From Candidatus Sericytochromatia bacterium (GTDB lineage Bacteria; Cyanobacteriota; Sericytochromatia; S15B-MN24; JAQBPE01), in contig JAYKHR010000132.1 of assembly GCA_035285125.1 (NCBI GenBank), positions 1-37,056 on the forward strand: a stretch of 37,056 bases of DNA, written 5' to 3'. Under the pieces are notes generated by a model. The model did no database searches. It was not told the DNA's origin and was given only the letters and a program-made list of their open reading frames with translations. Made by a program: the position numbers and the translations under genes. This document shows positions 25,411 to 34,697 of this stretch, in pieces. Position 1 is the stretch's first letter. Every line of letters starts with the position of its first letter.

Positions 25411-26999
25411 GCCTCCCTTCGGCCGCATCCACGGCCCTCCCCCCGCGAGCCCCCTCGCGGCAACAACTCGGCGAGCTGGGCGTGCGCCCAGGCCCAGATG
25501 GTGTGGGCCCCGATGGCCTGCCGCTGGGCAGCCAGCGCCCAGCGGCGCTCCGTCGGGTGGGCCCCCAGCGCAGCCTCCATCGCCTCGGCCAGCGCCACCA
25601 CGTCGTAGGGGTTCACGATGCGCGAGGCGTGGCAAAGCTCCTCGGCGGCGCCGGCGCCCTCGGAAATGATCAGCTGGCCGGCCCGCCGGTTGACGGTGGG
25701 CCCCTCCTTGGCGACCAGGTTCATGCCGTCCGAGAGCGAGTTGACCAGCAGCACGTCGTACTGCGTCAGCAGGGCGATCGCGCGATCGTAGTCGTGTTCG
25801 AGGTGAAGCTCGATGGGCTCCCAGCCGGGCCTGCGCCAGCGGTGCCGGATCGCCTCCCCCTCGGCGAGGAGCTCCTCCAGGTGGGTGCGGTAAGGCCCGC
25901 ACGACTGCCGGGACGCCGGCAACAGCGCCACGAGCCGCACGCGACCTTGCCAGTCCGGGCAGCGCGCCAGGAAGTGATCGTAGGCCCGCAGCGTGCGCCA
26001 GAGGTTCTTGGCAGGGTCCGTGCGGGCGATGACGGCGATCGTCCGAACCCGCTCGGCATCCGCCCAGGCCTCGCCGGCCCGCGACACGGCGGCCGAGCGC
26101 GCCCGCAGCCGCAGCGCCACCGGATCGATCGAGATGGGGAAGGCCCGGACGCGCACCCGGCGCCCGGCCACCTCGACCTCTCCCCGACCGGGGTCCGTCG
26201 GCGCCCCGAGAAACTCGGCGCAGCAGGCCAGGAAGTTGGCGACATGGCGGCGCCCCTGGAAGCCGACGAGGTCCGCGCCCAGCAGGCCCTCCAGGATCGC
26301 CCGCCGGATCTCGGCCGGCAGTGGCCGCCAGGCATCCGGCCCCGGCCAGTCGATGTGGGTGAAGTGGGCGATCGCCGCCTGGGCCTGGCGCTCGCGCAGC
26401 AGCTGAGGCACCAGGTACAGGTGGTAGTCCTGCACGAGGAAGACGGGGGCAGCGGCCTCCCGCGCCGCCAGCGCCCCCAGGTGCGCGGCGAACTGCCGGT
26501 TGACGGCCACGTAGCCCGCCCGCCACGCCTGCCACGTCTCGGCGTCGAAGGTCGGCTCGGTGGTGGGGTGGGCCACCTGGTGCTGCAGCAGCCAGAGCAC
26601 GGCGTTGGCGATCCCGTCGTAGTAGCCGTCGTACTGCTCGCGCGAGGGGCTCACGTAGCTCACGTGCAGCGGGGGGATGCCCCAGCGGGCCGGGATGGCG
26701 CCCCCGGCTTCCCGCGTCAGCTGCGCCTCGGCCCGGGTCATGGCCGCGGCGACCCAGTGGACGGGCGCGACGGAGGCGAAGGCCCCCAGCGCCGTCACGA
26801 GCCCGCCGGCCCCCTTGGTCGCCTCGATCGCGCCATCGCGCTCCTGAAGCTCGTAGGGCCCGCGGTTCGACGCCAGCCAGAGGCGCCTGCCCGCCAGGTG
26901 CCGGTGGCAGAAAGCCTCCAGCGCGCGGCGCTGCTCGTGGGCGGCCGCCTCCAGCGCATCACGTGGCGCGGCGCGCCTGGCGCCCTGCCGCTGTCCCAT
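25407..26999 (-). CDS. otsA: GT20 alpha,alpha-trehalose-phosphate synthase-like (actinobacterial-type OtsA; GgpS not excluded)
   Basis: ASNRGP, GGLVTAL, YYDGIANAVLW, QDYHLYLVP, HFTHIDWP, GADLVGF, RTDPAKN, DGMNLVAKE, SEGAGA, VNPYD. Confidence 0.85.
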   Translation of the reverse strand: MGQRQGARRAAPRDALEAAAHEQRRALEAFCHRHLAGRRLWLASNRGPYELQERDGAIEATKGAGGLVTALGAFASVAPVHWVAAAMTRAEAQLTREAGGAIPARWGIPPLHVSYVSPSREQYDGYYDGIANAVLWLLQHQVAHPTTEPTFDAETWQAWRAGYVAVNRQFAAHLGALAAREAAAPVFLVQDYHLYLVPQLLRERQAQAAIAHFTHIDWPGPDAWRPLPAEIRRAILEGLLGADLVGFQGRRHVANFLACCAEFLGAPTDPGRGEVEVAGRRVRVRAFPISIDPVALRLRARSAAVSRAGEAWADAERVRTIAVIARTDPAKNLWRTLRAYDHFLARCPDWQGRVRLVALLPASRQSCGPYRTHLEELLAEGEAIRHRWRRPGWEPIELHLEHDYDRAIALLTQYDVLLVNSLSDGMNLVAKEGPTVNRRAGQLIISEGAGAAEELCHASRIVNPYDVVALAEAMEAALGAHPTERRWALAAQRQAIGAHTIWAWAHAQLAELLPRGGSRGEGRGCGRREA

Positions 27000-27180
27000 G
27001 GTGCCCCCCCCGTCCCACGACCGGCCTCCCGACGTTAGCAGCGGCGCAGGGGGGCTACAACCGGTGCTCGCCCGACGCCGTCAGCCTGTTCGGCGATGGC
27101 CCGGGCAGCCCTAAGCTGGGGTTCGAAGGACGCCCTGTGCTGGGGCGCGATCGCCCCGACCGTTCCCAACCGGAGGCCCC

Positions 27181-28221
27181 ATGCGCATCGGACTGCTCGC
27201 CCCGCTCTCGCTTCCTGTGCCGCCAGCGGCCTATGGCGGCACGGAGCGGGTGGTCGGCTGGCTGGCGGACGGGCTCGTGGCCCGCGGCCACGAGGTCGTG
27301 CTGTTCGCGGCCGGGGACGGGGCCACCCGCGCGACGCTGCGCCACCGCCTGGCCGCCTCGCTGGAGGGACAGGGCGCGAGCCGCGCCGCCATCGACGCGG
27401 CCGAGGCGGCCCACGCGGCCTGGGCCCTCGAGGAGGCCCGCGGGCTCGACCTCGTCCACGACCACCTCAAGGCGGCCGGCATCACCGCGGCGGCCGGGGC
27501 GCGGCAGCCAGTCCTGACGACGGTCCACAACGCCCCCACCCCCGCCCGGCGCGCCCTGCTGGAGCGGTTCCCCACCCACCCGCTGGTGGCCCTCAGCGAG
27601 GCGCACCGGCACCAGCTCGCGGGGCTGCGGGTGGTGGGCACGGTACCAAACGGGCTGGACCTCGAGGCCCTGCCCCTCGCCACCGGGCCTCGGGACCACC
27701 TGCTGTTCCTCGGGCGCCTCGACGCGGCCAAGGGCGCGGACCTCGCGGCGCGGCTCGCGGCGGAGGCCGACTGGCCGCTGGTGATGGCCGGCCGCACCCA
27801 GCACGACCCCCGCTTCTTCGCCGAGCACGTCGCGCCCTGGCTGGACGGCCGGCGGCGCCGGCACGTCGGCGAGGTGGGGGGGCGCGCCAAGTGGGAGCTG
27901 CTGGCCTCGGCCCGCGCCTTGCTGTTTCCCATCCGCTGGGAGGAGCCCTTCGGGCTGGTGATGATCGAGGCGATGGCCGTCGGCACCCCGGTCGTGGCGA
28001 CGGCCTGGGGGGCCGTCCCCGAGGTGGTCGCGCACCGGGAAACGGGGTGGATCGTGCCTCGCGACGCCAGCCTCGCGGCGCTGGCGGAGGGCGTCGAGCG
28101 GGTGCGAGGCTGCCCGCCCGAGGCCTGCCGCCAGCACGTCGCCCGGCGGTTCTCCGCCGCGCGGATGGTGGACGGCTACGTCGCGCTGTACGAGGGGCTG
28201 CGGGCCGCCAGGGCCGCCTGA
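27181..28221 (+). CDS. GT4 family glycosyltransferase
   Basis: VPPAAYGGTERVV, RGHEVVLFA, LGRLDAAKG, PIRWEEPFGLVMIEAMAVGTPV. Confidence 0.93.
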   Translation: MRIGLLAPLSLPVPPAAYGGTERVVGWLADGLVARGHEVVLFAAGDGATRATLRHRLAASLEGQGASRAAIDAAEAAHAAWALEEARGLDLVHDHLKAAGITAAAGARQPVLTTVHNAPTPARRALLERFPTHPLVALSEAHRHQLAGLRVVGTVPNGLDLEALPLATGPRDHLLFLGRLDAAKGADLAARLAAEADWPLVMAGRTQHDPRFFAEHVAPWLDGRRRRHVGEVGGRAKWELLASARALLFPIRWEEPFGLVMIEAMAVGTPVVATAWGAVPEVVAHRETGWIVPRDASLAALAEGVERVRGCPPEACRQHVARRFSAARMVDGYVALYEGLRAARAA

Positions 28222-29240
28222 ATGGCAGGCCCGTAAGGCGGGGTGAGCACCCCGACCTCGGTGATGATGCCCGCGATGAGGTGCGCCGGCGTCACGTCGA
28301 AGCCCGGGTTCGCCACGCCCACCCCCTCCGCCGCCAGCCGCCGGCCCGCCACGTGGGTCAGCTCGGCCTCCGGGCGCTCCTCGATGGGGATGCCGGCCCC
28401 CGAGGCCACGGAGGCGTCGAAGGTCGAGCGCGGCGCGGCGACGTACAGGGGAATGGCGTGGGCCGCCGCGAGCACCGCCAGCCCGTAGGTGCCGATCTTG
28501 TTGGCCGTGTCGCCGTTGGCGGCGATGCGGTCGGCCCCGACCACGACCAGGTCGACGGCCCCCCTGGCCATGAAGTGGGCGGCCATCGAGTCCGTGATGA
28601 GGGTGGCCGGGATGCCGAGCTGCACGAGCTCCCAGGCCGTGAGGCGCGCGCCCTGCCAGTAGGGCCGCGTCTCGTCGACCCAGACGTGGAGCCGGCGACC
28701 CGCCTCGTGGGCGGCCCGCAGCACCCCGACGGCCGTGCCGTAGCCCGCCGTCGCCAGCGCCCCGGCGTTGCAGTGCGTCAGGACGTTCGCCCCGTCAGGC
28801 ACCACGGCCCGCCCGGCCTGCCCGATCGCGCGGTTGGTGGCGACGTCCGCGTCGTGCAGCCGCCGGGCCTCGGCGGTGAGAGCCTCCGCGAGGGCCGCCC
28901 CGTCACCTGGCGTCCCCTCGGCGTGGGCAAGCAGGGCCGCCACCGCCCACGCCAGGTTCACGGCCGTCGGCCGTGCGGCCACCAAGGTGCTGGCAGCCTC
29001 CCGCAGGCGCGCGAGGGCTGCATCCCGGCCGTGGCCGCGCGCCCCGCGGGCTGCGAGCGCCATTCCCCAGGCGGCCGCCACGCCGATCGCCGGCGCCCCC
29101 CGCACGACCATGCCCCGGATCGCCTCGGCGACCTGCTCAGGCGTCTCGCAAGCCACCCAGTGGACGTCGGCGGGCAGCCGGGTCTGGTCGATCAGGACCA
29201 GCCTGTCACCGTCCCAGCGAAGCGTCTCGGGAATGCCCAT
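28176..29240 (-). CDS. mtnA: methylthioribose-1-phosphate isomerase
   Basis: IDQTRLP, MVVRGAPAIG, RPTAVNL, LTHCNAGALAT, DETRPYWQGARLT, VGADRIAANGDTANKIGT, NPGFDVTP. SD GGAGGTG before ATG 29240. Confidence 0.96.
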   Translation of the reverse strand: MGIPETLRWDGDRLVLIDQTRLPADVHWVACETPEQVAEAIRGMVVRGAPAIGVAAAWGMALAARGARGHGRDAALARLREAASTLVAARPTAVNLAWAVAALLAHAEGTPGDGAALAEALTAEARRLHDADVATNRAIGQAGRAVVPDGANVLTHCNAGALATAGYGTAVGVLRAAHEAGRRLHVWVDETRPYWQGARLTAWELVQLGIPATLITDSMAAHFMARGAVDLVVVGADRIAANGDTANKIGTYGLAVLAAAHAIPLYVAAPRSTFDASVASGAGIPIEERPEAELTHVAGRRLAAEGVGVANPGFDVTPAHLIAGIITEVGVLTPPYGPAIQAALAARSPSYSAT

Positions 29241-29370
29241 CGTGTCACCTCCATCCTGGCGCGGGCCGTCACCGCGTCGGCCCTGTCCCACTCGCCCTCA
29301 CCCCTGGACCGGACCCTCTCCGGCCTGCCACCGGCGCGTCCCGCCGCTCCCGTCCTCACGGCACACCGCA

Positions 29371-30186
29371 TCAGGCAGGCTCCAGCACCAGCAGGTGGGC
29401 CGTCGGCGGGCAGTTCACGCGCAGCCGGATGAGCGGCCCGGCACCGAGGCCCAGGCTGACGTGCACGGCCGTCCGCTCGTGCCAGTGCAGCCCGCCAGCG
29501 AGCCGCCGGGGCAGGTCACACTGGGTCACGACGGCGCCCAGGCCCGGCAGGCGGATCTGGCCCCCGTGGGTGTGCCCGGCGAGCACCAGGTGGAAGCTGC
29601 GCTGCGAGAACGAGGCGAGGTCCGTCGGCACATGCACGAGGCCGATCAGCACGTCGGCCTGCTTCACGCCGTGCATCGCGCGTTGCAGGTCGCCGTGGCC
29701 GGTGTAGGGGTCGTCCACGCCCACCACGACGACGCGCTGGTCCCCCACCTCATGGGCCACGGCCTCGTTGATCAGCACCCGCCAGGCGCCCCCGGCCTCG
29801 TAGCGGGCCTTGAGGTCCTGCCCGGCCGGCCGATGGCCGCGCCCGGTGGGCCGCTGCGTGACGAACTCCTGCAGGTGGGTGGCCCAGGTCTGGCGCAGGC
29901 GGTCGTGGTTGCCCAGCACGATGTAGGCGCCCAGGCGCGGTGGCCGCGACAACAGGCCCGGCACCAGCGCCTCGGCCTCCGGGGTCTCGGCGACGTCGCC
30001 GGTGAAGGCCACGAGGTCGAGGTCGTCATCCGTCACGCGCTGGACGAACGCCTGCTTGGCCCTGTCGTGGGGGAGCAGGTGGGTGTCGGAAAGGTGCAGG
30101 ATGCGCAGCGGCGCCCGCAGGCCCGGACACGGCACGTGCCGCACCTCGCGGCGGAAGCCCCAGCGGTCCCCCAGCGTCAGCCACAT
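29371..30186 (-). CDS. calcineurin-like metallophosphoesterase (YkuE/YaeI-like)
   Basis: HLSDTH, FTGD, LGNHD, LAGHTHGGQ. The start overlaps the recG stop. Confidence 0.9.
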   Translation of the reverse strand: MWLTLGDRWGFRREVRHVPCPGLRAPLRILHLSDTHLLPHDRAKQAFVQRVTDDDLDLVAFTGDVAETPEAEALVPGLLSRPPRLGAYIVLGNHDRLRQTWATHLQEFVTQRPTGRGHRPAGQDLKARYEAGGAWRVLINEAVAHEVGDQRVVVVGVDDPYTGHGDLQRAMHGVKQADVLIGLVHVPTDLASFSQRSFHLVLAGHTHGGQIRLPGLGAVVTQCDLPRRLAGGLHWHERTAVHVSLGLGAGPLIRLRVNCPPTAHLLVLEPA

Positions 30187-32624
30187 CACCCCACCTCCAG
30201 GAAGGCCAGGTTGGCCTGGAAGTAGCGGAACAGGTCCGCCTTGATCCACGGCCGCCGCGCCAGCCCTGGGTCTGCCACGAGCAGGTCCCGGGCGAGCTCG
30301 CGCGCCCGCTCGAGCAGCAGCGTGTCGTTCACGAGATCCGCCGCGCGCAGATCCGGCAGGCCGCTCTGGCGGGTGCCGAGGAATTCCCCGGGGCCCCGCA
30401 GGGCCAGGTCCTGCTCGGCGATGACGAAGCCGTCGTTGGTCTTCTCCATGATGCCGAGCCGCTGGGCCGTCGTCTCCGACCGGCTGGACGAAATCAGGTA
30501 GCAGTAAGACCGAGCCGAGCCGCGTCCCACCCGCCCCCGCAGCTGGTGGAGCTGCGCGAGGCCGAAGCGCTCGGCATTTTCGATCACCATGACGGAGGCG
30601 TTGGGCACGTCGACGCCGACCTCGATCACGGTGGTGCTGACGAGCACGTCCGTCTGCCCGTGCCGGAAGCCCGCGATGACGCGCTCCTTCTCCTCGGGCG
30701 TCATCTGCCCGTGGAGCAGGTCCACGCGGAACTCGGGGAAGATCTCGCCCGCGAGGCGCTCGTGCTCGGCCGTGGCAGACTTCACGCTCGCAAGCTGCTC
30801 GCTGTCCTCGATCAGGGGATACACCACGTAGCACTGGTGGCCGGCGCGCAGCTCCTCACGCACGTGCTCCCAGGCGTCCCGACCCTCCCGGGCCGTCCGG
30901 CACCAGCGCGTCTCGACGGGCTTGCGGCCCGGTGGCAGCTCGTCGATGACCGAGACGTCCAGGTCGCCGTGGACCGTGAGGGCCAGCGTCCGGGGGATGG
31001 GCGTCGCCGTCATCACGAGCACCTCCGGGTTCTGGCCCTTCTCCCGCAGCATGGCCCGCTGCCTGACGCCGAAGCGGTGCTGCTCGTCGATGACCACGAG
31101 GCCCAACCGGGCGAACCGCACGCCCTCCTGGATCAGCGCGTGGGTGCCGACCACGAGGTCCACGGCGTGGGCCTCGATCGCCCTCAGCGCAGCCTGGCGC
31201 TCCCGACGGCCCTGCTTGCCGAGCAGCAGGGCAGCCTTCAGGCCCAGCGCCTCCACCCACTCCCGGATCTTGGCGTGGTGCTGCTCCGCCAGGATCTCGG
31301 TGGGCGCCATCAGGGCCCCCTGGTAGCCGTTCTCGACGGCCACCAGCAGCGACAACAGCGCGACGACGGTCTTGCCCGAGCCCACGTCGCCCTGCACCAG
31401 CCGGTTCATGGGGCTGGCCGACGCCAGATCGGCCTGCACCTCGCGCAGCACCCGCTCCTGCGCGTGCGTCAGGGCGAAGGGCAGCAGCGCCCGCAGCCGC
31501 GTGACGAGCTCCCCGGCAGGCGGCAGCTGCAGCGCCTCGGCCTGCGCCTCGACCTGCGCCCGCCGCCAGGCCAGGCCGAGCTGCATCCAGAACAGCTCGT
31601 CGAAGGCCAGCCGCGTGCGAGCGGCCTGCAGGTCCTCGGCGCTGCGGGGAAAGTGGATGCCCTCGAGCGCCTGCTTCAGCGGCACGAGCACCACGCGCCT
31701 GTCTGGCGGCCCGCTGGCGAGCCTGTCGCGGACCTCGGCGGGCAGCCAGTCGCGCACCAGCGGCAGGTGCAGGTCCAGCGCGGTGCGGATGGCCTTGCGC
31801 AGGGCGTTGGCGTGCAGCCCCTCCGTGAGGTCGTAGACGGGCACGATCCGGCCGACGGCCAGCGACTTGCCGCCCGGCTCGTCGGGGTCGGCCACGCCGA
31901 GCAGCTCGACCTGGGGCCGGTCGAAGATCAGGCGCCCCGTGAAGGTGTCGAGGCGCGGCTCCCCCGACATCAGCACCGACTGCCCCACCGGGAACCGGGC
32001 CTTCTGGCGATCGAGCCCCGGCTTGGTCGCCTTCCGGCCGAACCAGCGGGCCGCCACCGTGCCCGTGCCGTCCGAGACGTGGACCGTGAGGATGCTCAGG
32101 GGCTTGCCCCCGGGCGAGTTGTAGGCCTCGACGCGCTTGATGGCGCCCCAGACCGTCACGCGGTTGCCGGCCTGAAGCTGCCCGATGCGGACGCGCTGCT
32201 GGTAGTCGAGGTGCTGGCGGGGGTAATGGCGCAGCAAGCCGTCTACCGTGTGGATGCCGAGCCGCGCGAGCGTGGTGCCCATCCGCGGGCCGACGCCCTT
32301 CACGAACTGCACGGGCTTGTCGCGCCAGTCCTCGGGCTCGCCGTCCGGCCGCCGGGCGGGCGGCTGACGCTGCCAGCGCGGCATCAGGGCAGCCAGCCGC
32401 TCCACGGCCCGCGCCCGGCCCGCGGCGTCCATCAGCTCGTAGCGCGCGAACATGGTGGTCACGGGCGCCAGCGCGTCCCTGTCCTCGGGCGTGCCCTGGC
32501 GCGCCAGCGCCCCGATCGCCTCCCGCACGAACTCGGCGAAGTGCGTCGCGTTGCCGCGAAGGTTCTGAAAGTCGTGGCGGGCCTCGATCGCGAGGGCCCG
32601 CTGCAGTCGCGCGAGGTCGGCCAT
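30186..32624 (-). CDS. recG: ATP-dependent DNA helicase RecG
   Basis: RLAFDELF, MNRLVQGDVGSGKT, MAPTEILA, GTHALIQ, DEQHRFG, MTATPIPRTL, ERFGLAQLHQLRGRVGRG, DLALRGPGEFLGTRQSG; cyanobacterial-type N-terminal extension. Confidence 0.97.
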   Translation of the reverse strand: MADLARLQRALAIEARHDFQNLRGNATHFAEFVREAIGALARQGTPEDRDALAPVTTMFARYELMDAAGRARAVERLAALMPRWQRQPPARRPDGEPEDWRDKPVQFVKGVGPRMGTTLARLGIHTVDGLLRHYPRQHLDYQQRVRIGQLQAGNRVTVWGAIKRVEAYNSPGGKPLSILTVHVSDGTGTVAARWFGRKATKPGLDRQKARFPVGQSVLMSGEPRLDTFTGRLIFDRPQVELLGVADPDEPGGKSLAVGRIVPVYDLTEGLHANALRKAIRTALDLHLPLVRDWLPAEVRDRLASGPPDRRVVLVPLKQALEGIHFPRSAEDLQAARTRLAFDELFWMQLGLAWRRAQVEAQAEALQLPPAGELVTRLRALLPFALTHAQERVLREVQADLASASPMNRLVQGDVGSGKTVVALLSLLVAVENGYQGALMAPTEILAEQHHAKIREWVEALGLKAALLLGKQGRRERQAALRAIEAHAVDLVVGTHALIQEGVRFARLGLVVIDEQHRFGVRQRAMLREKGQNPEVLVMTATPIPRTLALTVHGDLDVSVIDELPPGRKPVETRWCRTAREGRDAWEHVREELRAGHQCYVVYPLIEDSEQLASVKSATAEHERLAGEIFPEFRVDLLHGQMTPEEKERVIAGFRHGQTDVLVSTTVIEVGVDVPNASVMVIENAERFGLAQLHQLRGRVGRGSARSYCYLISSSRSETTAQRLGIMEKTNDGFVIAEQDLALRGPGEFLGTRQSGLPDLRAADLVNDTLLLERARELARDLLVADPGLARRPWIKADLFRYFQANLAFLEVG

Positions 32625-32713
32625 GGGCGTGGGATCGATTATAACGCGCCTGGCGTGAGGCGGCCGCGAGGGCCTCGGCCGTCCAGCGGCTAGCCCCTGG
32701 CACGGGCCAGGCC

Positions 32714-33805
32714 TCAGCCTGCGGCATGCGCCGCGGCCGGCACCCCCACGGGCGTCTCGCGAGCGATCAGCCCCCCCGCCAGCACCAGCTCGCTGTCGTA
32801 GAACACCGCGACCTGGCCCGGCGTGATGGCCGGCTGGGCCTCGAAGAAGCGGACCAGGAGGCTGCCGTCGGCGCGGGGCTCCACCACGGCCCGGGCGGGC
32901 GCCGAGCGGTAGCGGATCTTGACCTCGGCCTCGAAGGGCTCGGCCGTCGGCGCCAGCGACAGCCAGTTCACGGCCTCCACGATCAGGGTGGTGCCGAGCG
33001 TGGCCTCCTTGGGCCCCACCACCACCCGGGCCAGCTCGGCGTCGATGCGCACCACGTAGAGCGGCGTGGCGGCCGAGACGCCGAGCCCGCGGCGCTGCCC
33101 CACCGTGTAGTTGACGACGCCGGCGTGGCGCCCGATCACCCGCCCCTCGAGATCGACGATCTCGCCCGGCCGGATGCGATCCCCGGCCTGCTCGCGCAGG
33201 AAGGCCTGCGGGTCCTCACTGAAGCACAGGTCCTGGCTCTCGGGCTTGTCCGCCACCGTGAAGCCCAGCTGGCGGGCGTGCGCCCGGACCTCGGCCTTGG
33301 CGAGCTCGCCCACGGGGAAGACGCACCGTGCCAGCTGCGCCTGCGTCAGGCCGTAGAGCATGTAGGTCTGGTCCTTGTTCGGGTCCAGCGCCTTGAGGAG
33401 CTGCCAGCGGCCCGAGGCCGCATCCTGCCTCACGCGGGCGTAGTGCCCGGTGGCCACGCGCTCGCAGCCGAACAGGCGCTGGGCCATGTCGAACAGCTCC
33501 AGGAACTTGAAATCGCTGTTGCAGATGGCGCAAGGGTTGGGCGTGAGCCCAGACAGGTAGGACGTCGTGAAGTGGTCCACCACCTTGCGCTTGAAGGTCT
33601 CGACGAAGTCGAAGCGGTGAAAGGGCACGCCCAGCGACGCCGCGACCTCGGCCGCGTCTTTCATGGCCTCGGTGTTGCAGCAGCGCGACTCGGGCCAGAT
33701 GACCATCGAGATGCCCACGCAGTCGTGGCCCTCAGCGACCAGCAGCGAGGCCGTGACGCTGCTGTCCACCCCCCCGCTCATCGCCACCGCGATCCGTTCC
33801 GCCAT
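32714..33805 (-). CDS. mnmA: tRNA-specific 2-thiouridylase
   Basis: AMSGGVDS, TPNPCAICN, ATGHYA, KDQTY, KPESQDLCF, YTVGQRRGL, ITPGQ. Confidence 0.97.
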   Translation of the reverse strand: MAERIAVAMSGGVDSSVTASLLVAEGHDCVGISMVIWPESRCCNTEAMKDAAEVAASLGVPFHRFDFVETFKRKVVDHFTTSYLSGLTPNPCAICNSDFKFLELFDMAQRLFGCERVATGHYARVRQDAASGRWQLLKALDPNKDQTYMLYGLTQAQLARCVFPVGELAKAEVRAHARQLGFTVADKPESQDLCFSEDPQAFLREQAGDRIRPGEIVDLEGRVIGRHAGVVNYTVGQRRGLGVSAATPLYVVRIDAELARVVVGPKEATLGTTLIVEAVNWLSLAPTAEPFEAEVKIRYRSAPARAVVEPRADGSLLVRFFEAQPAITPGQVAVFYDSELVLAGGLIARETPVGVPAAAHAAG

Positions 33806-33982
33806 CCGCGTGTCCCTCCGGCCCCGGGGCCCTGAGCCCCACCTGGTCCCATTCTAGCGGATCAGGGCGTCCGCACGCGAGGCGCGTCCCCCGCGGGGCG
33901 TGGCGGGGCCGCATCCGGCCTGGTATAGATAGGACGTTCGCCTGCCTGCGGCGCCCCGTCGCCGTGCCTCCACGAGGTCCCC

Positions 33983-34315
33983 GTGCGCGCCACCTCCACG
34001 ACGCTGTTGACGCTTGCCCTGCTCGGAGCCCCCGCGCTGCCGGCCGAGGCCCACATCGTCTACTTCAAGGACGGCACCGTGGTGCGCGGCACGGTGGCGC
34101 TCCGGGAGAGCGCCGTGGTCATCTCCGGCGCCGGGGCAGAGCTCTCCTTCCCGCTGAGCACCGTCCGCGCGATCTCGTTCACGGACGAGCCCATCGCCTA
34201 CGAGCAGCAACGGGTCGAGGAGAGCCGGGTGCTGAACCACGACGCCGTGGTGTGGTCGCTGGTCGCCGCGAACGTCGCGGCGGTGGTGGCCGCCCTGGTC
34301 GGCGCGATGCGCTGA
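33983..34315 (+). CDS. small exported protein with C-terminal TM anchor (paralog A)
   Basis: SD GAGG, signal peptide (AEA|H), IVYFKDGTVVRG beta domain, C-terminal WSLVAANVAAVV. Confidence 0.8.
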   Translation: MRATSTTLLTLALLGAPALPAEAHIVYFKDGTVVRGTVALRESAVVISGAGAELSFPLSTVRAISFTDEPIAYEQQRVEESRVLNHDAVVWSLVAANVAAVVAALVGAMR

Positions 34316-34325
34316 GGGAGGAGCC

Positions 34326-34697
34326 ATGACGTTGCAACGCTGGATGCTGGGGGTGGTGCTGGCGCTCGGACTGGCCGCGACGCCGGCGACGCCTGCGGAC
34401 GCTGCGCTCGTGTACACCCGAGACGGCCGGACCTTCGACGGCAAGCTCCGGGTGGAGCCGACCGGGCTGGTGCTGAGGCCCGAGAGTGGCAAGGCCCTGC
34501 TCATCCCTTACGAGCAGGTCGTGGGCATCTCGATGGACGGCCAGCCCCTGTTCCCTCCCCCGCGCCGCGCCGAGGAGTCCAAGCTGCTCAACAGCGAGCC
34601 GCTGCTCTGGGCGCTGGTCGCCGCCAACGTGGCGGCCGTGCTCACGGTGCTGGTGACGCTGGTGCGCCCCGCCCCCGCGACGCCGCCTGCCCGCTGA
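34326..34697 (+). CDS. small exported protein with C-terminal TM anchor (paralog B)
   Basis: SD GGAGGAG, signal peptide (ADA|A), LVYTRDGRTFDG, C-terminal WALVAANVAAVL. Confidence 0.8.
   Translation: MTLQRWMLGVVLALGLAATPATPADAALVYTRDGRTFDGKLRVEPTGLVLRPESGKALLIPYEQVVGISMDGQPLFPPPRRAEESKLLNSEPLLWALVAANVAAVLTVLVTLVRPAPATPPAR

Noticed and set aside
25411..26535. N-terminal extension of the phosphatase (664-aa ORF)
   Set aside because: Alternative-frame overlap with otsA giving R/G/A-rich nonsense; a good SD and ATG exist at 25410.
28176..28221. Convergent 3' overlaps (GT4/mtnA here; also paralog B/comEC at 34642-34697)
   Set aside because: Short convergent overlaps are common in GC-rich genomes with few stop codons, and nothing indicates a function.
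30187..30834. N-terminal extension of the metallophosphoesterase (487-aa ORF)
   Set aside because: Overlaps recG in another frame; family motifs begin only after 30186.
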